A stretch of DNA of 32,000 nt from Caedibacter taeniospiralis (GTDB taxonomy: Bacteria; Pseudomonadota; Gammaproteobacteria; Francisellales; Francisellaceae): NCBI RefSeq assembly GCF_002803295.2, contig NZ_PGGB02000008.1:1-32000 (forward strand). Direction: 5' to 3'. The translations under genes were made by a program, and so were the position numbers. Under the pieces are notes generated by a model that saw nothing but the letters and a program-made list of their open reading frames with translations, was not told the DNA's origin and did no database searches. This document shows, one piece after another, positions 17,679 to 26,930 of this stretch. Each line of letters opens with the position of its first letter. Positions within the stretch are counted from its first letter, which is position 1.

Positions 17679-20411
17679 TTAAGCTAAAGCGCCATGACAT
17701 TGTTTGTATTTCTTACCAGAACCACAAGGGCATGGATCATTCCGCTTAACCTTTGCTGTATCGCGTACAAATGGTTGATGTGCAGAGAGTGCCTTTTCTT
17801 CCTCCTCACTGGATGAGGCACTACCACTTAAAACATCTTCATGCTGTGCTTCGATGTTTCTAATGGAATTTTTCCATTCTTCTTCCATTCGTTGAGCTTC
17901 TTCTGGCGCTTGAATTCTAATTTTTGCCAAATTGGAAATGACTTCATATTTAAAGTTATCCAGCATGCTTGAGAACAACGCAAAGGATTCTTTTTTATAT
18001 TCATTTTTTGGATCTTTCTGCGCATATCCTCGCAGATTAATACTGTTGCGCAGGTGATCCATCGCATTTAGATGCTCCCGCCAATGGGTATCCAGTGCCT
18101 GCATTAAACTGATTTTTTCAAACTGTCTGATTGATTTCTCATCTAGCTTTTCGGTTTTCTGCTGATATTCATCCACAATCGACTTGATAACAATTTCTTT
18201 TAGGCGTCCTTCATGCAAATGATCATCCTCTCCTAGCAGCTTCTGCAAGTTCAATGAAATCGCAAAGTCTCCCAGCAATGCTTTTTCCAAGCCTTCCAGA
18301 TCCCACTGCTCTTCCATAGAACCCGCAGGAACATGATCATGAAACAGTTTCTCTGCCACATCGTAACGCATGTTATTAATGATTTCAGAAACATCATCCC
18401 GACCCAACAGCTCTTCTCGCTGCTTGTAGATAACCAGACGCTGCTCGTTCGCCACATTATCATATTCAAGTAAGTTTTTACGAATATCAAAATGATACTG
18501 CTCAACTTTAGCCTGTGCTTTGGCAATAAATCGCGTCATCATTCCAAACTGGATTGACTCACCACCAGATAACGCTTTCTTCATGCGATTTGCTAAAGTC
18601 TCAGAAGCAAAAATCCGTAAGAGATTATCATCCATCGACAAATAAAAACGACTCTCCCCTGGATCACCCTGGCGAGCCGCGCGCCCTCTTAACTGGTTAT
18701 CCACACGACGGGAATCATGACGCTCAGAACCTAAAATACATAGCCCACCCGCTTCAATGACCTGTTGGTTACGCTTTTTCCATGCAGCTTTTATCTCATC
18801 GATTTGCGTTTGCGCTGGCTCTTCAAGCGCTGCGATTTCCGCCTCCCAATTTCCCCCTAGAATAATATCCGTACCACGACCTGCCATGTTGGTTGCGATA
18901 GTCACATTCCCAGGATATCCTGCCTGAGCAATAATCGCAGCTTCACGGGCATGCTGTTTTGCGTTTAATACCTCATGATTGATTTTTTTCTTTCGCAACA
19001 GTGTTGACAAAATCTCCGAAGTCTCAATCGATGCGGTCCCAACGAGTATTGGCTGACCTTTTTCGACACGCTCCTTAATATCCTCAACGATTGCCAAAAA
19101 TTTATCTTTCTGATCCCCAAAAATGCAATCATGATGATCCTGGCGTTGCGATGGTCTATTAGTGGGAATCACAACCACTTCTAAACCGTAGATTTCATGA
19201 AACTCAAACGCCTCGGTATCTGCCGTTCCCGTCATCCCTGATAACTTATTGTAAAGCTTAAAGAAATTTTGAAATGTGATGGATGCCAGGGTCTGGTTTT
19301 CCCCTTGAATTCTTACCCCTTCTTTAGCCTCAATCGCTTGATGCAAACCATCTGACCAGCGCCGCCCCTCCATTGCGCGCCCAGTGTTTTCATCAATAAT
19401 AATCACTTCCTGGTCACGAATAATGTAATCAACATTCTTTTGATATAAACTTCGTGCACGTAGGCACGCATTTAAGTAGTGCATTTTTGTTACATGTTGC
19501 GGTGAATATAAGTTATCCCCCTCATTAAGTACCCCTTCTTTGATCAGGGATTCCTCGATTTTTGTGTGACCTTCATCGGTCAAATAAGCCTGTTTTGACT
19601 TTTCATCCAGATAAAAATCACCATTACCTGCCTCCTTATCGGACTGTTTTACCAGGGTTGGAACTAAGCGATTAAAAAGCAGATACATATCCGAACTATC
19701 TTCAGAGGCGCCAGAAATAATAAGCGGAGTTCTTGCTTCATCGATCAAGATGGAATCTAATTCATCAATAACCACGAAATTGCGACTTCTTTGCACCTGC
19801 TCTGCTTTGCTAAATGCCATATTATCGCGCAGGTAATCAAAGCCAAATTCGTTGTTAGTACCATACGTAATGTCACAAGCATATGCAGCTCGGCGCTGAT
19901 CAGGGGATAAATTAGCAATAATGACACCTGTTGTCATTCCCAAAAAGCCATAAATTTGTCCCATAATTTCGGCATCACGTGATGCCAGATAATCGTTCAC
20001 CGTAATAACGTGTACCCCTTTGCCCGTCAAGGCATTCAGATAAACAGGTAAAGTTGCTACCAGCGTTTTACCTTCACCTGTGCGCATCTCAGCAATTTTC
20101 CCAGAATGCAGCACCATCCCCCCAATAAGCTGCACATCATAGTGACGCATACCCTTGACACGCTTTGCCGCCTCTCTGACCACAGCAAAAGCTTCTGGCA
20201 GCAGCTGATCCACGGTTGACCCATTATTTAAACGTTCCTTGAATTCGTCTGTTTTTGCTCTTAAGGCGTCATCACTTAGCTTCTCAACTTCAGGTTCCAG
20301 TTCGTTAATTTTATTGACTGTTTTTTGCATTTTTTTAATCAAGCGGTCATTGCGACTGCCAAATAGCTTTCTTATAATCATCGATGTCTCAGATAGGGCT
20401 TTTCCACACAA
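17679..20411 (-). CDS. secA: Preprotein translocase ATPase SecA
   Basis: [52 protein letters not shown]-terminal zinc motif [16 protein letters not shown]. Confidence 0.99.
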   Translation of the reverse strand: MCGKALSETSMIIRKLFGSRNDRLIKKMQKTVNKINELEPEVEKLSDDALRAKTDEFKERLNNGSTVDQLLPEAFAVVREAAKRVKGMRHYDVQLIGGMVLHSGKIAEMRTGEGKTLVATLPVYLNALTGKGVHVITVNDYLASRDAEIMGQIYGFLGMTTGVIIANLSPDQRRAAYACDITYGTNNEFGFDYLRDNMAFSKAEQVQRSRNFVVIDELDSILIDEARTPLIISGASEDSSDMYLLFNRLVPTLVKQSDKEAGNGDFYLDEKSKQAYLTDEGHTKIEESLIKEGVLNEGDNLYSPQHVTKMHYLNACLRARSLYQKNVDYIIRDQEVIIIDENTGRAMEGRRWSDGLHQAIEAKEGVRIQGENQTLASITFQNFFKLYNKLSGMTGTADTEAFEFHEIYGLEVVVIPTNRPSQRQDHHDCIFGDQKDKFLAIVEDIKERVEKGQPILVGTASIETSEILSTLLRKKKINHEVLNAKQHAREAAIIAQAGYPGNVTIATNMAGRGTDIILGGNWEAEIAALEEPAQTQIDEIKAAWKKRNQQVIEAGGLCILGSERHDSRRVDNQLRGRAARQGDPGESRFYLSMDDNLLRIFASETLANRMKKALSGGESIQFGMMTRFIAKAQAKVEQYHFDIRKNLLEYDNVANEQRLVIYKQREELLGRDDVSEIINNMRYDVAEKLFHDHVPAGSMEEQWDLEGLEKALLGDFAISLNLQKLLGEDDHLHEGRLKEIVIKSIVDEYQQKTEKLDEKSIRQFEKISLMQALDTHWREHLNAMDHLRNSINLRGYAQKDPKNEYKKESFALFSSMLDNFKYEVISNLAKIRIQAPEEAQRMEEEWKNSIRNIEAQHEDVLSGSASSSEEEEKALSAHQPFVRDTAKVKRNDPCPCGSGKKYKQCHGALA

Positions 20412-20417
20412 CTGGTT

Positions 20418-20912
20418 TTGGATTATACTTCAACTCACCCCATAACAAAAGCCAAGTGCATCAAAATGATCCGCAGGTATAACACTTCAGTTAGCGCGCT
20501 TTTAAACAGTAAAAAGCCCTCACTTTTACGCACAATCAGAGAGCAGCATGAAGCAGCGACAACGACTCAGCAAAAGCTCTTAAACTTTAAGATCCCCTAT
20601 TTTAATCATACTAAAGTGTGCTTTTTTAATGGGACTAAACTCGTTTTAAAAACAGAAATCCCTGAGCTTATTGCTAAGTTTCGTGAGTTAAAAAAAGACC
20701 TTGTTGCGCTTCTTAACACCAGTGAATATTTTACTAATCTGCGCACACTTGAGCTTATTCTCGTCTTTGAACCAAAAGTCAAAACAACTGAAAATACGCA
20801 ACATTTCCCCGAGCAAGCACATCTTGCCTTTAAAAACCTGGCAAACACACTCGAAGATGATCCGATCAAAGAGGCTATTCATAACCTACTGCAAAAGCAT
20901 AATGAAAACTGA
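20418..20912 (+). CDS. DciA/DUF721-like protein (putative replicative helicase loader)
   Basis: Divergent from secA, overlapping gph. Small basic N-terminal region plus a compact C-terminal domain consistent with DUF721. Assignment rests mostly on context. Confidence 0.45.
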   Translation: MDYTSTHPITKAKCIKMIRRYNTSVSALLNSKKPSLLRTIREQHEAATTTQQKLLNFKIPYFNHTKVCFFNGTKLVLKTEIPELIAKFRELKKDLVALLNTSEYFTNLRTLELILVFEPKVKTTENTQHFPEQAHLAFKNLANTLEDDPIKEAIHNLLQKHNEN

Positions 20913-21570
20913 CTACCGTTACTTATTTTTTGATCTAGATGGCACACTTATTAACAGCCTCAGCGACATCACTTACGCGCTTAATAGAATGCGTGAGCAT
21001 TTCGATCTCCCACCCATCAGTGATAGCATTACTGCACGCATTATTGGTAAAGGCTTGCCGACCACTACCCAGAAGGTTTTAGCACTTGACTTGCCAGATG
21101 ATAAGGTCAGGCTTTATGCCAAAGATGCTTTACGACTTACCCTGGATAACTATGAGTCTGTTATGGGGCGCCATACCCACATTTACCCGGGCGTGATCAA
21201 TGCACTTCAATACTTTAGGAAGCAGGGAATTTCCATGGCCATTGTTACAAACAAAGAGCAGAACCACGCGCTTAAAACACTAAATCACCTTGATTTAGCC
21301 AGATATTTTGATTGTATTGTCGGCGGCGATACCACTGAGTTCTACAAGCCACATCCTGCGCCATTAGCCTATGCGCTTAAACAACTAAACGCCCACCTTC
21401 AGCAAAGCCTTATGATTGGAGACTCTGCTAATGATGCTTACTGTGCACAAGCACTCAACATGCCTTATGTCCTTATTAGCCATGGTTATGCAAACGGGGT
21501 TGATCTGCACTCACTGGGAGCATTACAGGTCATTGAAGATTTTAACGAGTTAAAACTTTTTCTTGGCTGA
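20902..21570 (+). CDS. gph: Phosphoglycolate phosphatase-type HAD hydrolase
   Basis: FFDLDGTLINSLSDI, IVTNKE, GDTTEFYKPHPAPL, MIGDSANDAYCAQALNM. ATG at 20902 is in frame in the longer track ORF. Confidence 0.85.
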   Translation: MKTDYRYLFFDLDGTLINSLSDITYALNRMREHFDLPPISDSITARIIGKGLPTTTQKVLALDLPDDKVRLYAKDALRLTLDNYESVMGRHTHIYPGVINALQYFRKQGISMAIVTNKEQNHALKTLNHLDLARYFDCIVGGDTTEFYKPHPAPLAYALKQLNAHLQQSLMIGDSANDAYCAQALNMPYVLISHGYANGVDLHSLGALQVIEDFNELKLFLG

Positions 21571-21620
21571 AATAAAAAAGGCTACCCGAGGTAGCCTTAA
21601 ATCACAGCTCATCGCCAGTG

Positions 21621-21977
21621 TTACAACATTCCATAATGAAATAATTTCTTACGGAACGTACCACGGTTAAGACCCAGAATTTTTGCTGCACGACTTTGAT
21701 TTCCTCCCGTGTATTCCATTGTCGCTTCAATCAAAGGCAACTCGACTTCAGCCATCACAAGCTCATACACATTCTGTGGTTTAGAACCTTGAGAAACCAT
21801 ATTTTTGTAATAAGTTGCAATGACCTCTTTGATGTGATCACGTAACGGTAAATCTTGTTGATGCACATCCGATTTATGTGCATTACCATAATGTATAGTC
21901 GCAGACATAATACTTTCCTCTTTTATCATTTTCGTTATTGAATTATAAAACGCACAGAACAAAAATTTCCCCATCAA
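21621..21977 (-). CDS. fis: Fis-family DNA-binding protein (paralog 2)
   Basis: MEYTGGNQSRAAKILGLNRGTFRKKLFHYGML C-terminal HTH. True start is probably the internal MSATIHYGN. Confidence 0.85.
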   Translation of the reverse strand: MMGKFLFCAFYNSITKMIKEESIMSATIHYGNAHKSDVHQQDLPLRDHIKEVIATYYKNMVSQGSKPQNVYELVMAEVELPLIEATMEYTGGNQSRAAKILGLNRGTFRKKLFHYGML

Positions 21978-22124
21978 ATCATGTTCTGAGCACTGTTTTT
22001 ATTGATCTTGTCAATCAGCTGTGTATTATAAGGACAGCTAAATTTAAAAGCAAGCGCAATACTTGCTCAATAATTTAATAGACCACCTTCAGTATTGTTA
22101 ATAACCAATAAAAGAACCACATTC

Positions 22125-22547
22125 ATGACAGACATACCCATCAGAAAAACACTTTCTCTGAAAAGGAAAAAAAGCGCTGCGACCAACCCGTTGGAATCGC
22201 AAACAAAAGCCGAGCAACAAACGCTAGCGCAAAACACCCGTTCCGAGCATGGATTGCAAAAGCCAAAATGGAATTATCAAGAGCAGGAAGTCAGTTTCAG
22301 CACGCTGCAAGATAGTAAGCATCGAACTACCGATCATGTGAGTCTGCTAGCTAACCATGACAAGGTGCTTGCTGGCTTACAGCAAAAACGTGAAGCTTTT
22401 CTGAAGAAAATTGAAGTGCTCGAGCAGCGCTTGGTCTTCATCTCAAGTGAGCCACTAAAAATCGCCTGCAATGAGCTAAAGAAGCAGGATACGGAGATTC
22501 TGTGCCAGATCAATAACTACCTTATCAACAGGTTAGAGCGTAAATAA
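22125..22547 (+). CDS. Hypothetical basic/coiled-coil protein
   Basis: ATG at 22125 (MTDIPIRKTLSLKRKK...), predicted coiled coil near the C-terminus. No family recognised. Confidence 0.5.
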   Translation: MTDIPIRKTLSLKRKKSAATNPLESQTKAEQQTLAQNTRSEHGLQKPKWNYQEQEVSFSTLQDSKHRTTDHVSLLANHDKVLAGLQQKREAFLKKIEVLEQRLVFISSEPLKIACNELKKQDTEILCQINNYLINRLERK

Positions 22548-22588
22548 AGAATGGGTTCAAAAGATGTTTTAGGGCGTATGTAGTGCAC

Positions 22589-23308
22589 CTAAAACTTAAA
22601 ATTCCGCGTATGGTTGAAAATCTCCTTGATGCCCGTTTTTCCTAAGGCAAGCATGGCGTGAAAATCATTCTCTGAGAAAGGTTTACCTTCAGCAGTACCC
22701 TGAATTTCAACAATACCCCCCGTATGTGTCATTACAATATTCATATCCGTGTCTGCATCAGAATCCTCCGCATAATCCAGATCAAGCACTGCCACTTCTT
22801 TGTATATCCCGACAGAGACCGCAGCAACATGAGCCTGAATTGGCTTTGCATTGCCATCAATAAGCCCATTTTGTTGCATGTAGCTCACCGCATCTTCAAT
22901 CGCAAGGCTAGCTCCTGTAATGGCTGCTGTTCTTGTCCCTCCATCGGCTTGCAACACGTCACAATCCACTTTGATCGTAACACCTGGAAACTGAGACAAA
23001 TCGACCGCAGCCCTTAACGCACGACCGATCAGTCGCTGTATTTCTTGCGTTCTGCCTGACTGCTTACCTCTTGCAGCTTCTCTATCCATGCGTGAATGCG
23101 TTGAACGCGGCAGCATACCGTATTCTGCCGTCAACCATCCTTGTTTAGCATCTTTTAAAAACTTTGGCACTTCTTTTAATACCGATGCCGTGCAAAGCAC
23201 CTTGGTATCGCCAAAAGCCACTAACACAGAACCTTCTGCATGTTTGGTGAAGTTATGAATAATCGTCAATTGACGCATTTCATCGACTTTTCTCTGGCTT
23301 GGACGCAT
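22589..23308 (-). CDS. rph: Ribonuclease PH
   Basis: [67 protein letters not shown]. Confidence 0.98.
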   Translation of the reverse strand: MRPSQRKVDEMRQLTIIHNFTKHAEGSVLVAFGDTKVLCTASVLKEVPKFLKDAKQGWLTAEYGMLPRSTHSRMDREAARGKQSGRTQEIQRLIGRALRAAVDLSQFPGVTIKVDCDVLQADGGTRTAAITGASLAIEDAVSYMQQNGLIDGNAKPIQAHVAAVSVGIYKEVAVLDLDYAEDSDADTDMNIVMTHTGGIVEIQGTAEGKPFSENDFHAMLALGKTGIKEIFNHTRNFKF

Positions 23309-23423
23309 ATTATTTCCTTTTCTTGGCTATTCGGCTTAACTAGTCGGTTTTATCACATATGATTTTTGCATTCGGCATATTCATCACTAAAGTCCCACGA
23401 TTTTTTCTCATAATGCTTTGTAC

Positions 23424-24437
23424 TCATTTTTTGGCTTTTACCTTTGGTAATTGATCAATGACTTTATCAAAATCACTTAACAGCTGATCGTCATGCTTTA
23501 TCTGCTTAGCATGAAATGTATCATAAGCTTGCTCTGCTAACTGCTTTGCCATTTGATGGGATATTTTCCCTGCATGCGTTAATATTTCACGATCGTTTAA
23601 GCCTAAAAAGCCATCTAGTTTTTTAATCCAATCCCGCATAGTCATCGGAATTCGTCGCATCGCTTGACCCTCTGCAAATACAAGATATTGCTCCACCAAA
23701 TTGTTTAACGCGGATAATTCTTCTTCATTCAGATAATTTTTAGCTATCGTCACATCTTGTTTGCGCGGCTTGTCACCTCTGAAATTAGTCAATCCCATAT
23801 TAGGTAAAGCGGGATTGGCTCGATCTTTGATAATTTCAGCAGCTGTCTTGCCTGTAATAGCCCAGTGAAATTTGTTCTGAACGGTTTTAAAAAAGGTGAT
23901 ACTCGTTTCAAGTGTTGGATCATAATCAACACTGGTAGCGTATATATCCGTTATTTTTTGATAAAACCGCTTTTCGGATGTGCGAATATCTTGGATACGC
24001 CTTAGCAACTCATCAAAATAATCAAAAGGCTGATCAGGATTTTTTAAACGCTCATCATCTAACACAAAGCCCTTAATAATATATTCTTTTAACTGCTTAG
24101 TTGCCCACTGGCGAAAACGCGTTGCAACATGCGACCTAACCCGATAACCGACCGAGATAATTATGTCCAAGTTATAATAATCAACGGCTCTACTTACCTG
24201 TCTCTCACCCTCAAATTGAACTGTTCGGAATTTCCGAACAGTTGAAATTTGGTCAAGCTCACCTTCTTGATAGATATGTTTAATATGTTCGCTAATAGTT
24301 GATTTTGCAACCTGAAATAACTCCGCCATGCTTTTTTGAGTGAGCCAAACGGTTTCATCTTGCAATTGTACTTCTATTTTGGTTTTACCTGCCTCAGTCT
24401 GATAGATAATAAATTGAGATTGATTTTCAATCGACAT
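23424..24437 (-). CDS. RhuM-family protein (type I R-M island-associated)
   Basis: EVQLQDETVWLTQKSMAELFQVAKSTISEHIKHIYQEGEL, YNLDIIISVGYRVRSHVATRFRQWATKQLKEYI. Preferred ATG at 24437 downstream of the track's GTG at 24446. Confidence 0.85.
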   Translation of the reverse strand: MSIENQSQFIIYQTEAGKTKIEVQLQDETVWLTQKSMAELFQVAKSTISEHIKHIYQEGELDQISTVRKFRTVQFEGERQVSRAVDYYNLDIIISVGYRVRSHVATRFRQWATKQLKEYIIKGFVLDDERLKNPDQPFDYFDELLRRIQDIRTSEKRFYQKITDIYATSVDYDPTLETSITFFKTVQNKFHWAITGKTAAEIIKDRANPALPNMGLTNFRGDKPRKQDVTIAKNYLNEEELSALNNLVEQYLVFAEGQAMRRIPMTMRDWIKKLDGFLGLNDREILTHAGKISHQMAKQLAEQAYDTFHAKQIKHDDQLLSDFDKVIDQLPKVKAKK

Positions 24438-24540
24438 CACATACACTCCCTTACGTCAACTTTGCCTGTGACTACCGCGGTGATTAAGGCCACGCGTTTT
24501 TCTTTCAGTAGTTTAATCGCCTGTTCTGCCTCGCCATTTT
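24437..24540 (-). pseudogene. Type I restriction HsdS C-terminal remnant
   Basis: Minus frame: NGEAEQAIKLLKEKRVALITAVVTGKVDVRECM*, the canonical HsdS C-terminus pattern (EQAI.LLKE.R.ALI.AAVTGKIDVR). Stop overlaps the rhuM ATG (TGATG). Confidence 0.8.
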
Positions 24541-24674
24541 AGCGGTTAATCTAAACTGTGCCATTGAAGCCTCCTTAAAAAAACGCAAAAGCCGCTAAAG
24601 TGTGCGTGAATCAGAGGCATAGCGGCTATATTGCCCCTGAGTGTATTCGTAAGGATCCGAAAATGCAAGCACCT

Positions 24675-24797
24675 CATGAGTGCACCTCACCCAAAAGTTC
24701 TAATATTTCTTTGGTAACTGCATCTAACTTCTGCGTCAATTTCTACTAACGCCCGTGGTGGTTTATATTCATAAAAGTGGCGACTAAGTCGAACTCA
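24675..24797 (-). pseudogene. Type I restriction methylase HsdM C-terminal remnant (frameshifted)
   Basis: Minus frames: VRLSRHFYEYKPPRALVEIDAE / KLDAVTKEILELLGEVHS*, split by a one-base shift. Confidence 0.55.
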
Positions 24798-24805
24798 CGT
24801 GTGTT

Positions 24806-25492
24806 TTAAAGCTCTTCAACCAGAGCCAAAATAAGGTCTGCTGATCTTTTTGCCGCCATATCAACAAACCTGGGGAAATCATTCACGGCTTGACCATCAG
24901 CGGTATCAGAGATAGCGCGCAAAATCAGGCAAGGTACATTAAGCTCATGGCACGCTAAATTAACACTACCGCCTTCCATTTCAATCGCGTGCGCATCAAA
25001 CTGTTCCATAATTGCCCGTTTGGTCTGTGCGCTATGAATGAACTGATCACCTGTCGCGATAATCCCCTCTTTGAGTGGAAGATCCATTTTTATAGCCACG
25101 ACTTTAAGCTTTGACTTCAGAAGCTGACAAGTTTCAGTAAAAATCTTACTCCCCGGAACCTCCCCTTTCAACCGTCCAAACGCTGTAATATCAATATCAT
25201 GCTGCACCGTTTGCGTGGCAACAACTAAATCACCAACACAAATGTTATCTGAAACACCTCCAGCCACACCTGAAAAAAATAATGCTTTCACCCCAAAGTG
25301 CTCAATCATTACCATTGCAGTGAGCGTTGAAAACACCTTACCAATTTTACTACAGGCAACCACTAAATCGTGCCCTTTATATGAGGCCAGATAATACTTA
25401 TTATTGGCGTACTCCTTTATTTCATAGGGTTTGATAACCTCAAGAATTGGCGCAATTTCCCTCTCCATCGCGCCCAAAATTGCAATTTTCAT
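24806..25492 (-). CDS. mtnN: 5'-methylthioadenosine/S-adenosylhomocysteine nucleosidase
   Basis: MKIAILGAMEREI, FSGVAGGV, GDLVVATQTVQHDID, AIEMEGGSVNLACHELNVPCLILRAISDTADGQA. Confidence 0.95.
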   Translation of the reverse strand: MKIAILGAMEREIAPILEVIKPYEIKEYANNKYYLASYKGHDLVVACSKIGKVFSTLTAMVMIEHFGVKALFFSGVAGGVSDNICVGDLVVATQTVQHDIDITAFGRLKGEVPGSKIFTETCQLLKSKLKVVAIKMDLPLKEGIIATGDQFIHSAQTKRAIMEQFDAHAIEMEGGSVNLACHELNVPCLILRAISDTADGQAVNDFPRFVDMAAKRSADLILALVEEL

Positions 25493-25661
25493 TGTTATTT
25501 ACCATCATACATCTATCCGTAGTAATGGCGCACACTATACGTAAAACAATCCAAGTTGACTATAACCAAACTAAAACTTTCAATATAATCAAGCAAATAT
25601 CACTAGCCTGCAAAAAACAGGATTGGTAGACTGAGTAACGCCATTCACAACGAAGCTATTA

Positions 25662-26921
25662 ATGAAGATGTTAAATAAAAACCAACGTAAAACACTTCTA
25701 CTGTCAAGCCTTGGCGGCATGCTTGAGTTTTATGATTTTATTATCTATGCCCTGCTTGCCAGCTATATCTCAGCGCTTTTTTTCCCAGCATACTCGGCGA
25801 TTAATTCACTTTTAATTGCCTTTAGCGCCTATGCAGTTGGCTACCTTGTCCGCCCCTTTGGTGGCATTATTTTCGGACATTTTGGCGATAAACATGGTCG
25901 TAAAAAGACTTTTACGATTTCAATTCTAATCATGGCAATCTCAACTTTCTTAATCGGGGTTTTACCTACTTTCCAATCTGTTGGGATGTTAGCCCCCATT
26001 TTGCTGGTTATTTGCCGCGTTGCGCAAGGCTTCTCGGTGGGCGGTGAAATCCCAGGAGCCATCACTTATGTCAGTGAATCAGCTCCCAAACGCAAGGGTT
26101 TTATGACAGGTGTCGTTTTCTGTTTTTTGACAGCAGGGGTTGCTGTTGGATTTATTGTTGAGGCAGTGCTATTACAGTTTTTCAGTCACGAACAGATGCT
26201 GGCTTATGCCTGGCGCATCCCATTCATTCTAGGCGGCATATTTGGCTTTATCGCTTACTACTTACGCAAACAATTGATGGAAATAGAGGACTTCAAACCC
26301 TTCATGCAAAACGAATTTTCATTACCGCTGACAAAGGTTTTATTAACCCATCGCTGGAATCTCGTCTATGCGACAATTGTTGTTTCATTTGGCGCTCTGT
26401 GTTTTGTGACCCTGTTTTTGCTGTTGCCTGCTTATTTTGGCACTATTTTACAACTCCAATTGAAAAACTTTGTGTGGATTAACAGCCTGGGAGTCATTCT
26501 TCTTTCAGTCTTCTGCATTATCGTCGGTTTTCTTGCCGATAAAATCAGTCGATCAATCATTCTTATTGTTAGCGTCATCGTGGCGATTTTTGGAAGCTTT
26601 ATCATCTATCATATCTATGTTGATCACCAGAATATTTATTTTATCGCTCTTGTTTTAAGTGCCATACTAGGGGCGCTTTGCTGGGGAAGTATTCCTGCGA
26701 TTTTAATTGACCTGTTTCAACAAGATGTGCGTTATAGCGGCATTGGTTTTGCCTACAATTTGGGATTTGCGGTTTTTGGTGGATTAACACCAGTGATTGT
26801 CATCGGCACCATTAAAGCAACCGCCAATCCAATGGCCCCTGCCTATGTGCTTGGTATTGGGGCTATCATAATCTTAACAGCCATTTTTCTAAATCGCATT
26901 ATCACATATAAAAACCGCTAA
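25662..26921 (+). CDS. MFS transporter (ProP/metabolite:H+ symporter-like family)
   Basis: EFYDFIIYALLA, RPFGGIIFGHFGDKHGRKK, RVAQGFSVGGEIPGAITYVSE motifs. Confidence 0.85.
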   Translation: MKMLNKNQRKTLLLSSLGGMLEFYDFIIYALLASYISALFFPAYSAINSLLIAFSAYAVGYLVRPFGGIIFGHFGDKHGRKKTFTISILIMAISTFLIGVLPTFQSVGMLAPILLVICRVAQGFSVGGEIPGAITYVSESAPKRKGFMTGVVFCFLTAGVAVGFIVEAVLLQFFSHEQMLAYAWRIPFILGGIFGFIAYYLRKQLMEIEDFKPFMQNEFSLPLTKVLLTHRWNLVYATIVVSFGALCFVTLFLLLPAYFGTILQLQLKNFVWINSLGVILLSVFCIIVGFLADKISRSIILIVSVIVAIFGSFIIYHIYVDHQNIYFIALVLSAILGALCWGSIPAILIDLFQQDVRYSGIGFAYNLGFAVFGGLTPVIVIGTIKATANPMAPAYVLGIGAIIILTAIFLNRIITYKNR

Positions 26922-26930
26922 GTATCGTCA

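Noticed and set aside
17828-18760. Plus-strand ORFs (79 and 68 aa) within secA
   Set aside because: Antisense shadow ORFs opposite strongly conserved SecA sequence.
22724-23017. Plus-strand 97-aa ORF antisense to rph
   Set aside because: Cys/His-rich shadow of the RNase PH coding strand with no independent support.
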